A DNA stretch of 64,000 nucleotides. Origin: Bacteroidales bacterium. GTDB taxonomy: Bacteria; Bacteroidota; Bacteroidia; Bacteroidales; UBA932. The position numbers and the translations under genes are program-made. This document shows positions 38,321 through 47,405 of the stretch, in pieces (position 1 is the first letter of the stretch; every line of letters starts with the position of its first letter). Location of the stretch: contig JAFRZX010000092.1 in the NCBI GenBank assembly GCA_017442315.1, positions 3,276 to 67,275 on the forward strand. The letters are read 5' to 3'. Below the pieces are notes generated by a model, which did no database searches, had not been told where the DNA came from, and saw nothing but the letters and a program-made list of their open reading frames with translations.

Positions 38321-39936
38321 GAAATCTGATTTATACTTTATGTGCCTTATGTTCTCTGGCATTATTGTCTTCATGCATTGAAAATGATCTGTCAGTACCG
38401 ACTGTTGTATCTGATTTCGTAACTTTCGAGGTTGAAGGTCAGAAAGAAGTGACGATTGATCCTCAGACTAGGACCGTGGCAATTGTTCTTGACGAGCTGG
38501 CCGATATGACAAAGGTTAAGCTTATAGGTTATACGGTGTCGAATGACGGAACACTTCTGGAGCCTCTCCCGGAATACCTGGATCTTTCGGAGCCGATAGA
38601 AGTGACTTTGCATACATATAGGGACTTTGCCTGGACTATTTCGGCGACTCAGCCCATAGAACGATACATACGTTGTGAGAATCAGGTGGGAGAAGCTGAA
38701 ATCGATCCGGTACGGAAGGTTGCCTATGTTTATGTTACAGAAGACCAATCTCTATCTTCAGTAACAATCAGTGCCATGAAGCTTGAACCGGAAGGATCTG
38801 TAGTCAGATATACTACAGGATTCATATCGGAGAATGGTCAGAGTGTACCAAAGACAGAGCCGTGTGATTTTCCGATGGTGCTTGATTGTGTGATCATGAG
38901 GTATTTCATGGTCGAATATCATGATGAGATGATCGAATGGTCAGTGAAGGTACTGCAGAAAACGGTTCAGGTAGATATTCTGTCGGTGAATGCATGGACT
39001 TATTCTGCCGGGGTAAAGGGAGTGACAAACGGGCAGGGAGTGCCTATGTTCGAGTATCGCAGACAGTCGGATGCGGAATGGTCTTTAAGTGAGGATGTCG
39101 CTGTGTCCGGCACATCTGTTTCTGCTGAGATTCAAGATCTTGAAGAGGACACTGAATATGTAGTCCGTCTTACTAACGGATCGGAAATTTCCAATGAGTA
39201 CGTATTTAGGACAGGTTCTGCCGATCAGATTCCTAATTTAGGCTTTGATGACTGGTCGGAGGATGACAGATATCCTAATGCGGTTGGAAGTTCTGTATGG
39301 GATTCTGCCAATTCATCTGGTGCAACTTTGACTACTACTCCTTCTACGGATGCAGTGGAGGGACTTGCTGCCAGACTTGAGTCGGTTTCTACCTTCGGAT
39401 TGCTTGCTGCAGGAAATATCTTTACAGGAGATTTTGTCAAGCTGGCGGGACTTGGAGCAGAACTTGACTGGGGAACTCCTTTCACTTCGCGTCCGATAGC
39501 ATTGAGGGGCTATTATAAATATTCTCCCGTTGTTGTCGATAAGGCAAAGGAACCATACATGGATATGAAAGGTCAGATGGATCAGTGCCAGATCTTGATG
39601 TTCCTTGCAGACTGGTCAAAGCCTTTTACTGTGAATACGAATGAGAAAAAATTCGTGAATCTTGACAATGATCCAGGAATCATTGCATTAGGGCAGATAA
39701 ATACATCAGAAGCATCTGATGAATATATCAGATTTACTCTTCCTCTCGTATATAGAGACAATTCCCGTATTCCATCATATCTTGTGATTGCTGCTGCTTC
39801 CAGCAGGTACGGTGATTATTTCACAGGCGGAATCGGAAGTGTTCTGTTTGTTGATGAATTTGAATTCATATACGATCCGGATGAACTTACGGCAGAGGAA
39901 TACTCGGAAGTGTTCAGTCGTGTTGAACCTTATTGA
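38317..39936 (+). CDS. PCMD-domain lipoprotein (no DUF4493, no TKA site)
   Basis: Lipobox LSSC followed by IEND, FN3-like LEEDTEYVVRL, WDSAN, LAAGNIFTG, WGTPFTSRP, YGDYFTG. Confidence 0.75.
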   Translation: MRNLIYTLCALCSLALLSSCIENDLSVPTVVSDFVTFEVEGQKEVTIDPQTRTVAIVLDELADMTKVKLIGYTVSNDGTLLEPLPEYLDLSEPIEVTLHTYRDFAWTISATQPIERYIRCENQVGEAEIDPVRKVAYVYVTEDQSLSSVTISAMKLEPEGSVVRYTTGFISENGQSVPKTEPCDFPMVLDCVIMRYFMVEYHDEMIEWSVKVLQKTVQVDILSVNAWTYSAGVKGVTNGQGVPMFEYRRQSDAEWSLSEDVAVSGTSVSAEIQDLEEDTEYVVRLTNGSEISNEYVFRTGSADQIPNLGFDDWSEDDRYPNAVGSSVWDSANSSGATLTTTPSTDAVEGLAARLESVSTFGLLAAGNIFTGDFVKLAGLGAELDWGTPFTSRPIALRGYYKYSPVVVDKAKEPYMDMKGQMDQCQILMFLADWSKPFTVNTNEKKFVNLDNDPGIIALGQINTSEASDEYIRFTLPLVYRDNSRIPSYLVIAAASSRYGDYFTGGIGSVLFVDEFEFIYDPDELTAEEYSEVFSRVEPY

Positions 39937-39964
39937 ATAAATAAATTTATTATTAACAATTAAT

Positions 39965-40726
39965 ATGAAACGGATATTTTTTAGTGTCATGTCCATAGTT
40001 CTGGTTGCAGTCTCATGTAACAAGATTTCTGAGGAACATCTGGAATATGGCGAAATTTCTGTGAAACTTACTGATGATGTGTCAGTGGATGTGGTTTCAA
40101 AGGTATTCACTGAATTGACCCCTGAAGAAGCAGCTTCATATAATGTGTCGATCTATGATGCAGGAGATGTACTTCAGTATGGTCCTGTTGAATATGCTTC
40201 ATTCCAGACCCAGAGACTTCCTGTCGGGACTTATTATGTTGTGGCTGAAAGTTGTTCTGAGACTGAGGCTGAGCTTGGAAAAGGTGTGTTGCGTCTTGCT
40301 GGTCGCAGTGCAGACATTGTCCTCTCTCCAGAGAACCTTTCTCAGACTGCAACTGTTGAATGTACTGTTGCAAATGCGATGGTTACTGTTGATTTCGATG
40401 AGTCAGTCGAAGGACGTTTCACCGATCTTAAGGTGGTCCTCTCCAATTCGGATGAATCCCGTACTCTGACTGTAAACGAGTCAGATGGGCAGACTGAAAT
40501 GTACTTCAATCCTACTACTTTGAGATATGTGATTTCAGGTACTTTCACACAGAACGGTAAGGAAGTTTCTGTGGACAAGACGCAGGTACTTGAGGCTAAA
40601 AGCAACCTTAAGCTTGTCGTTAAAGTCAATCTTGAAAATGGTCAGGTAAGCATGCCTTCAATATCTATAGATACTACTCTCGACACAATCAATGTCGTCG
40701 AAGAAGAATTCAACCCATATATTTAA
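39965..40726 (+). CDS. Small DUF4493-like lipoprotein
   Basis: Lipobox AVSC, VSKV, LPVGTYYVVA, CTVANA, C-terminal ISIDTT..FNP. Confidence 0.7.
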   Translation: MKRIFFSVMSIVLVAVSCNKISEEHLEYGEISVKLTDDVSVDVVSKVFTELTPEEAASYNVSIYDAGDVLQYGPVEYASFQTQRLPVGTYYVVAESCSETEAELGKGVLRLAGRSADIVLSPENLSQTATVECTVANAMVTVDFDESVEGRFTDLKVVLSNSDESRTLTVNESDGQTEMYFNPTTLRYVISGTFTQNGKEVSVDKTQVLEAKSNLKLVVKVNLENGQVSMPSISIDTTLDTINVVEEEFNPYI

Positions 40727-40751
40727 CAACTGATAAGATTCTTAAATCATT

Positions 40752-41519
40752 ATGAAAAAGACAATTATTATCGCAGCTGCTCTCGTAGCGATGACAGCAT
40801 GCAACAAGAACATCATTAACGAACAGGTAGCGGCAGAGGCTGGCTATGGCTACATTTCATTGGGCGTGACAGCTGATACGGAGATGGTTGTGGCAAAGGC
40901 TGACACACCGGATCTTACAGGCTACAATGTTACTTTGAAGAAAGGAGAAGATGTAGTATGGGGACCTGAGGAATATGGCTCAATAGAAGCAGATGCTTGG
41001 AAGGTTGAGGCAGGTAACTACACTATCTACGTAGAGAATCTGACTGTTGCAGAGACTTATGCTACAGAACCGGGAGTTGTCCGTGTTACAGGTCAGAATG
41101 ATGTAACTGTTACTGCTGGCGTTTCAACATCTTGTACTGTAAATTGCAGACCTGCGAACTCTAAGGTTTCTTTCATGTACTCGCCTGAATTTGATGTTGT
41201 GTTTGATGAACCGGCAGTTTCAGTAAAGGAATCTGATGCACGTACTGTGGAGATGACGGTAGGGGAGTCTCATCTTGAGGCCAATGCTGCGTATTTTGAA
41301 CCTGGTACTCTTACCTGGACCCTTACTGCAAAGCTCGGTGGTGAAACAAAGACATATTCAAAGGACTTCACAACAGTGAAGGCTAAATGGACTCAGGTTA
41401 CGTTCACTACAGGAAGCACTGACGGACAGATTCAGGTTACCATTACCGTTGATGGCGAAATAACAGAGGTAGAGACAATAACCGCTACAATTGATCCTAT
41501 TACCGGTGACATTGAATAA
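40752..41519 (+). CDS. Small DUF4493-like lipoprotein
   Basis: Lipobox MTAC, VAKA, AGNYTIY, CRPANS, C-terminal ITVDGEI..ITATIDP. Confidence 0.7.
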   Translation: MKKTIIIAAALVAMTACNKNIINEQVAAEAGYGYISLGVTADTEMVVAKADTPDLTGYNVTLKKGEDVVWGPEEYGSIEADAWKVEAGNYTIYVENLTVAETYATEPGVVRVTGQNDVTVTAGVSTSCTVNCRPANSKVSFMYSPEFDVVFDEPAVSVKESDARTVEMTVGESHLEANAAYFEPGTLTWTLTAKLGGETKTYSKDFTTVKAKWTQVTFTTGSTDGQIQVTITVDGEITEVETITATIDPITGDIE

Positions 41520-41527
41520 TATCGATC

Positions 41528-42409
41528 ATGCGTAAATCAGCCTTATTTATAGTCTTGATCTTATGTGCGGCTGCGGCATGCAATAAGGTCTGCCTGACAG
41601 AAGAACAGCAGTTCGGCTCTGTCAGGCTGGCTTTGTCGTCTGACGTGGAAGTGGTCGTAGATACAAAGGCGGATGATGCGGTGGATTACAGTGATTTTCT
41701 TGTCAATATTTCAGGTGAGACTTTTATTGGCAATACTTTTTCAGCAGATTATCTCTATAAAGAGATGACTGGTGATATGCCTGTTCCTTACGGATATTAT
41801 CATGTATATGCACAGAGTTGTGCTGAAGAAGAGGCTGAGGCAGGACTGGGAAAGGTGCGTTACTGCGGTGTATCTGATCAGGTGGATATACTTTCACAGA
41901 CCCCTGCTTTGGTGACTGTGACGTGTACTATGGCCAATGGAAAGGTGTCACTGACTTTTGATGACAGTTTTCTGGAAGATTTTACTGACGTCAAAGCTGA
42001 ATTGAAAGTCGGTGACAGGACAGTATCCCTGACTTCTGTACAGGCCAATTCCTCTGAAGTGTTCTTCAATGTGGAGCCTTCCGGAAGCGGTCTTGTATAT
42101 ATTGTTTATGGAACAGTTGCAGCTGGAACAGAGCAGGAAAGAAGAGTCAGCTATTCCAATTCAGGATCTCCTCTTACGCTGCTGCCTGCAAAATGGGCGA
42201 AAATCACTATCAGGAGTAATCATAATGGTCTCATAGGACCTGGCATCGATGTCGATGATTCTATGGACAGTAATGGTATGACAGAAATAATCAATCCGGA
42301 TGGAGGCGTCGAGTCTCTTGAAGGGGATGTCAATCTTCCTGTGATCACAGTGGATACGCAGATGGATGATGCTGTGGTCGTAGATTGCATTCTTGATGTG
42401 TTGGAATAG
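41528..42409 (+). CDS. Small DUF4493-like lipoprotein with duplicated C-terminal strand motif
   Basis: Lipobox AAAC, DTKA, YGYYHVYA, CTMANG, two IxVDxxMD motifs. Confidence 0.7.
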   Translation: MRKSALFIVLILCAAAACNKVCLTEEQQFGSVRLALSSDVEVVVDTKADDAVDYSDFLVNISGETFIGNTFSADYLYKEMTGDMPVPYGYYHVYAQSCAEEEAEAGLGKVRYCGVSDQVDILSQTPALVTVTCTMANGKVSLTFDDSFLEDFTDVKAELKVGDRTVSLTSVQANSSEVFFNVEPSGSGLVYIVYGTVAAGTEQERRVSYSNSGSPLTLLPAKWAKITIRSNHNGLIGPGIDVDDSMDSNGMTEIINPDGGVESLEGDVNLPVITVDTQMDDAVVVDCILDVLE

Positions 42410-42416
42410 AATGGAA

Positions 42417-43205
42417 ATGAAGAAGTTAATATTCGTTTTGACTATATTGGCGACTCTGACTGCATGTCAGAGCAGTCTGATAGAAGAACGTCAGACATAT
42501 GGCAGTCTATCTCTTCAGCTGGATAATTCCCAGACAGTGATGGTAATGACAAAAGCTGATGACAATGCCGTAAGTGTTGATGATTTCAATGTATATGTCA
42601 GTTCGGACGATGCTACATTCTCATATGTATATAAGGATATGCCGTCAGTCGTGACATTGCCTGTCGGACTATATGTTGTTTCTGCAGATAACATTACTGA
42701 GGCACAGGCACTTTCTCTCCCTGATAAGTGGGGACAGGTGCGTTATGCCGGTACTTCAGAGCAGGTGAATGTAGTTGCCGGATTGAATCCGGTTCAGGTC
42801 AGCCTGACGTGTAAGATGGCCAATACGGCTGTTTCAGTCGTGTTCGGAGAGAATATAGACAAGCATTTTACAGGATATTCTATAACTGCGTATACCGATG
42901 AGTCACGTAAATTACTGTTTACTCCGGAAAATACTGCTGGAGAAAATCCTGCTACGGCATACTATAGTTCGGAAAGAAAGCTTTATTATGTCTTTTCCGG
43001 GACTTATCTTGACGATTCTGAGCCGATGGTAATTACAGGTGCAAAGATGCTTCAACCTGCAACACATCTTCATCTGACATTCAGGATGAGTGAACAGAAC
43101 GGATCAGTCGGAAAGCCGGTGATAGAAGTGGATACTACATGTGAAGATCTATATGAGACCATCACTGTGGATCCTACGGAAGAAGGTGCTTTTGTAACAG
43201 AGTAA
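42417..43205 (+). CDS. Small DUF4493-like lipoprotein
   Basis: Lipobox LTAC, MTKA, LPVGLYVVSA, CKMANT, C-terminal IEVDTT..ITVDP. Confidence 0.7.
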   Translation: MKKLIFVLTILATLTACQSSLIEERQTYGSLSLQLDNSQTVMVMTKADDNAVSVDDFNVYVSSDDATFSYVYKDMPSVVTLPVGLYVVSADNITEAQALSLPDKWGQVRYAGTSEQVNVVAGLNPVQVSLTCKMANTAVSVVFGENIDKHFTGYSITAYTDESRKLLFTPENTAGENPATAYYSSERKLYYVFSGTYLDDSEPMVITGAKMLQPATHLHLTFRMSEQNGSVGKPVIEVDTTCEDLYETITVDPTEEGAFVTE

Positions 43206-43217
43206 TATTAAGTAGAT

Positions 43218-45320
43218 ATGTTATTGAATCTTTGTAGGATTAAGAAGATACCTTTACTTGTGGAGCTGCTTGCATTCTTGGCATCAGGCTTCTTTGTGTC
43301 CTGTGCCCAGTTGGAGGATGAGCAGTCCGCAGCAGAAGGATATCTCAGGATATCAGGTCTTTATGTGGATGTTTCTGTTGAGGAGGCCATGCCTACCAAG
43401 GCTATGGCACTTCCTGAGATATCAGCACCTGAGGTTTCTGAACTCTCAATCTCTGTCATCAATACCCGGACAGGTGCAGTTGCATATGAAGGAACAGGGT
43501 TGTGGTCAGATAACCTGACACTTCCGGTTGGAACATATGAAGTCATGGCGTCTTATGGAAGCAATGCTTTTGGAGAACCGTTCTTCTGTGGGACTGCGAA
43601 TGTCAATGTCGGTGCTCTTGAGCAGAAGACCGTATCTTTGTCTGTGATGCTCGCAAATGCTCTGGTGGCGGTAACAGTAGCTCCAGATATGTCAGAGCAT
43701 TTTACTGTTGAGAGTGTGCTTCTGTCAGATGGTCAGACATCTTTTGAGGTGTCATCATCTGATTGGTGTTATGTACCTGTTGGGAATACTCTTGTCCTGA
43801 CACTTGATGGCAAGAATTCGGCAGGTAAGGATGCTGAAGTATCATATAGCCTGGAGAATCCGCTGGCACGTACGGCTTATGAGGTCGTGTGTGGAAAATC
43901 TACCTCCAATTGGCCTGTTATAACCATGCCGTCTTTGGCAGAAGGAGCGTTTGAAGGTGGACTTTATTTTGCTCCGGCATCCCTGACCAATATTTCTGCC
44001 GAGAATTCCGAGCAGATTGTTTATCAGATCAAAGGTGGTGATTATTCGGATTGGACGAGGGTTGATGTCTCTGATGTAGAAGGATATAAGTTTATTTCCG
44101 GACTCTCCAATGATGTTACCTATACTCTTCGTGCATGTGTCGGTAATCTCAGAAGTTCTGAAAGTGTTTTCACTCCGGTAAGTTTTGCAAGCTGTCTGTC
44201 GTCATCCGCATCAGCGGAGCATACAAGGAATTCAGCAGAAGAACTGGATGGAACGACTGTTTCTGCGAATGTCAGTGTATCGCTACCGTCAATTATTGCC
44301 GAGTTAGCCGATGTGACAGTAGATGGCACGTTTGTCAATGCAGATGATGTGGTGCGGAGTTCATTTGCTTTAACAGATGTCGTGTCTGGAGGCAATTCTG
44401 TCCAGATGACCAATTCTGATGGATGGCCGTATCTTCCTCAAGGAAAGTATGCATTGAATGTGGAAGCTATATGTACCTTGCCTGGCGGACGTACTCTTAC
44501 TGCAGAGTCCTCAATGTCGGACATTCCTGTACCGGCACCGGATTTTGAAGTGAATGTGTCTGCGTATACATCTTACGACAAAGCTCGTAATGGTGATCTG
44601 GATTTTGCTAATAATCACGACAATAAATACACCGTATTTGAAAGGAAGGCATCTGTGACTATTTCCGACAGACTTTTGGCAAATTCCAATTACAGCAAGA
44701 CATCATCAGTCAAGTTCAATTCCAATGAAATTGGAACATTTGATGTGAATACGAAGGATTTCGGTAATGATGCAGGCTGTTCCTCATGGCAGAACTATCC
44801 GTTTTCTGCAGATATGACATTTGACGGCGTATACCGTAATGCATCATGTGATTGTCATATTACGGGACTTCCTTATTCTTTCAACTTCTATAAGAATGAG
44901 TCGGGACTTAATTCCAGTGCCTGGAATAAAAGCAATATTACATATACTAATAATAAATGCTGTATTTCATATAATGGTAAAGACGGGTATCTGATTTCTC
45001 CAAGATTCCATTGTCCGTCAGACATAAAGGTGCAGAATTATACACAGGCTCAGGCTTATAAAGCAGGTGCAGGCTACAATAATTGCAAGATAAGGATAGG
45101 TGTGACTCCGGTAGATAACAGTGTGGCTGCTGTATATTCTGAATATGGTATGTCTTCCAATACAGATACAGGAGAAAGATATGAAACTTTCAGTCCTGTA
45201 CTGACGATGAGTTCAGGTAATCCGTATGTGTCATTGCATCACAATGATCCTGATAAACCGACATTGGTAGCATGGGCATATATCTGTATATATGGATTTG
45301 AATTGCAATATGGCGAATAG
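43218..45320 (+). CDS. Large DUF4493-like lipoprotein, probable terminal/tip subunit
   Basis: Lipobox FVSC, PTKA, LPVGTYEVMA, LANA, FN3-like GLSNDVTYTLRA, unrelated beta-rich C-terminus. Confidence 0.65.
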   Translation: MLLNLCRIKKIPLLVELLAFLASGFFVSCAQLEDEQSAAEGYLRISGLYVDVSVEEAMPTKAMALPEISAPEVSELSISVINTRTGAVAYEGTGLWSDNLTLPVGTYEVMASYGSNAFGEPFFCGTANVNVGALEQKTVSLSVMLANALVAVTVAPDMSEHFTVESVLLSDGQTSFEVSSSDWCYVPVGNTLVLTLDGKNSAGKDAEVSYSLENPLARTAYEVVCGKSTSNWPVITMPSLAEGAFEGGLYFAPASLTNISAENSEQIVYQIKGGDYSDWTRVDVSDVEGYKFISGLSNDVTYTLRACVGNLRSSESVFTPVSFASCLSSSASAEHTRNSAEELDGTTVSANVSVSLPSIIAELADVTVDGTFVNADDVVRSSFALTDVVSGGNSVQMTNSDGWPYLPQGKYALNVEAICTLPGGRTLTAESSMSDIPVPAPDFEVNVSAYTSYDKARNGDLDFANNHDNKYTVFERKASVTISDRLLANSNYSKTSSVKFNSNEIGTFDVNTKDFGNDAGCSSWQNYPFSADMTFDGVYRNASCDCHITGLPYSFNFYKNESGLNSSAWNKSNITYTNNKCCISYNGKDGYLISPRFHCPSDIKVQNYTQAQAYKAGAGYNNCKIRIGVTPVDNSVAAVYSEYGMSSNTDTGERYETFSPVLTMSSGNPYVSLHHNDPDKPTLVAWAYICIYGFELQYGE

Positions 45321-45343
45321 GCACTGATGCATGATATTCTATT

Positions 45344-45375
45344 GAAGCGGCTGGTGATTCATCACGAGCCGCTTC
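45344..45375 (+). terminator. Hairpin closing the DUF4493/PCMD operon
   Basis: GAAGCGGCT(G)GTGAT-TC-ATCAC(G)AGCCGCTTC with a weak U-tract. Confidence 0.55.
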
Positions 45376-45443
45376 TGATGTCTGCAGGCCTGTAGATTCG
45401 TAGATTTTATATACATTTGCCGACTGAAAAAACATGCAGCGTA

Positions 45444-47282
45444 ATGGCTAGTTATTTACAGATAGAGAACATATCCAAAAGCTACGGAACGAAAGTCCTT
45501 TTTGAGAAGATAGGCTTTAATATAAATGAAGGGGACAAGATTGCTCTTATTGCTCCTAACGGCACAGGAAAGACTTCGTTGATGAGGATCCTGGCAGGAA
45601 AGGACAAGTCGGATTCCGGTGGAAAAATAATGTTTCTGAAGGATATCAGGATTGCATTTCTTGAGCAGGAGTATGACTATGATCCGCAGAATACGATATT
45701 CGATCAGATAATGTCTTCCAGCAGTGAATTTACTGTTGGATTGGATATGGAACATCAGTGGGAATACGAGCATCGTGTCATAAGACTTCTCACTGGCTTA
45801 GGTCTGAGCAATCCGTACCAGTTGATGAGGGAGCTCTCAGGCGGAGAAATCAAGAGGGTGGCTATTGTTCAGATGCTGGCTACCGAAGCAGATTTCCTGA
45901 TCATGGACGAGCCTACCAATCACCTTGACATAGATGCCATCGAATTTCTTGAAAGCTATCTCAGTCGTTCACGCTGCACGTTGCTGATGGTTACCCATGA
46001 CCGTTATTTTCTTGACAGGGTATGCAATGTGGTCATGGAGATGGATCAAGGGAATATTTATACATATAGAGGGAACTATCAGAATTTTCTTGAAAAAAGG
46101 GAAGAGAGAATTGCGAACTATAATGCAGAAACTGACAAGGTGAGGAATATACTTCGTCGTGAGCTTGAATGGATGCGCAGTACTCCGTGTGCCCGTACCG
46201 GAAAGGCGCGATACCGTATCAATGCTTTTTATGACCTTAAGGACAGAGCATCGCAGGCATATACCCAGAGTCAGATCAGGATGGATGCCCTCAAAGGTGC
46301 TGCAAGACTGGGAACCAAGATCATAGATTGCAAGGAACTTAGTTTCTTCTATGGAGATAAGTGCTATCTGGATAAGTTTACTTATAATTTCCAGCGGTAT
46401 GAGAAAGTCGGCATCGTAGGTAGGAACGGTGCCGGAAAGTCTACTTTCCTGAATATCCTGACTGGTGATTTTACTCCTGAAATGGTTTGCGTAAACCCTG
46501 AAGAATATTCTTCTGATTCAGGGCAAGGGCTTATGACAGGAATAATAGAACGTGGAGAATCATTGAAGATAGGCTACTATCATCAGAACGGTATGGCATT
46601 CAATCCGGAAGACACGGTGCTTGATGTTGTTAATGATACGTGGCTTCTGAACAGATTCCTCTTTCCTCATGAGATGCTTAACAGCAAGATAGAAAGACTC
46701 AGTGGCGGTGAACGTCGCAGGCTGTATCTGCTGACGATTCTGATGCAGAATCCTAATCTTCTGATTCTGGATGAGCCTACTAATGATCTTGATATCGTTA
46801 CACTCAATATTCTTGAAGAGTATCTTAAGGAATTCAGCGGATCACTGATAATCGTATCTCATGACCGTCATTTCCTTGATAAGCTTGTGGATCACCTGTT
46901 TGTGTTCTGCGGAGATGGTGTTGTGAAGGATTTTGTCGGAAGCTACAGTGAATATCGTGAATTTATTAAGGAGTATGAGGCGGAGCAACGTTCTAAGGTA
47001 CGCGCAGAGGATAAGGCTCAGAAAGAAAAGGAGGCGAAGAATATGACGGAAGTTTCAGTTCCGTCAAAGAGAAAGCTTACCTATAAGGAGAAAAAGGAGA
47101 TGGAGGAACTGGAAACAGAACTGGAATCTCTGTCAGAGGAAAAGATTGAACTGGAAGGAAAGCTAGGCAGTGGCACACTTTCCTTTGAGCAGTTGCAGGA
47201 CGCATCAGAGAGGATAGGTGTACTGCTGCGGGAGATTGATGAAAAGGAGTTGCGTCTTCTGGAATTGTATGACAAGATATGA
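45444..47282 (+). CDS. ABC-F family ATPase (Uup-like)
   Basis: Two nucleotide-binding domains (PNGTGKT and GRNGAGKS, LSGGE, DEPTN), no membrane segments, C-terminal coiled coil. Confidence 0.92.
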   Translation: MASYLQIENISKSYGTKVLFEKIGFNINEGDKIALIAPNGTGKTSLMRILAGKDKSDSGGKIMFLKDIRIAFLEQEYDYDPQNTIFDQIMSSSSEFTVGLDMEHQWEYEHRVIRLLTGLGLSNPYQLMRELSGGEIKRVAIVQMLATEADFLIMDEPTNHLDIDAIEFLESYLSRSRCTLLMVTHDRYFLDRVCNVVMEMDQGNIYTYRGNYQNFLEKREERIANYNAETDKVRNILRRELEWMRSTPCARTGKARYRINAFYDLKDRASQAYTQSQIRMDALKGAARLGTKIIDCKELSFFYGDKCYLDKFTYNFQRYEKVGIVGRNGAGKSTFLNILTGDFTPEMVCVNPEEYSSDSGQGLMTGIIERGESLKIGYYHQNGMAFNPEDTVLDVVNDTWLLNRFLFPHEMLNSKIERLSGGERRRLYLLTILMQNPNLLILDEPTNDLDIVTLNILEEYLKEFSGSLIIVSHDRHFLDKLVDHLFVFCGDGVVKDFVGSYSEYREFIKEYEAEQRSKVRAEDKAQKEKEAKNMTEVSVPSKRKLTYKEKKEMEELETELESLSEEKIELEGKLGSGTLSFEQLQDASERIGVLLREIDEKELRLLELYDKI

Positions 47283-47316
47283 GTTTTAATATGATGAGTA
47301 TTTGTCATGCCGGAAT

Positions 47317-47365
47317 CTGCCATAATGTCAGTGTTTTTCAGGTGGCAGATTATTTGTTATCTTTG
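47317..47365 (+). promoter_or_regulatory. Putative heat-shock operator, sigma54-like element and -7 element upstream of grpE-dnaJ
   Basis: CTGCCATAATGTCAG-N11-TGGCAGATTATTTGT followed directly by TATCTTTG. Confidence 0.6.
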
Positions 47366-47405
47366 CGGCGGTCTGCGGAGTACAGCCCCCGCTGACAGTA
47401 AGTTT

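Noticed and set aside
30114-45320. Polysaccharide utilisation locus or mobile island
   Set aside because: No SusC/SusD, CAZyme, regulator, integrase or flanking direct repeats are visible.
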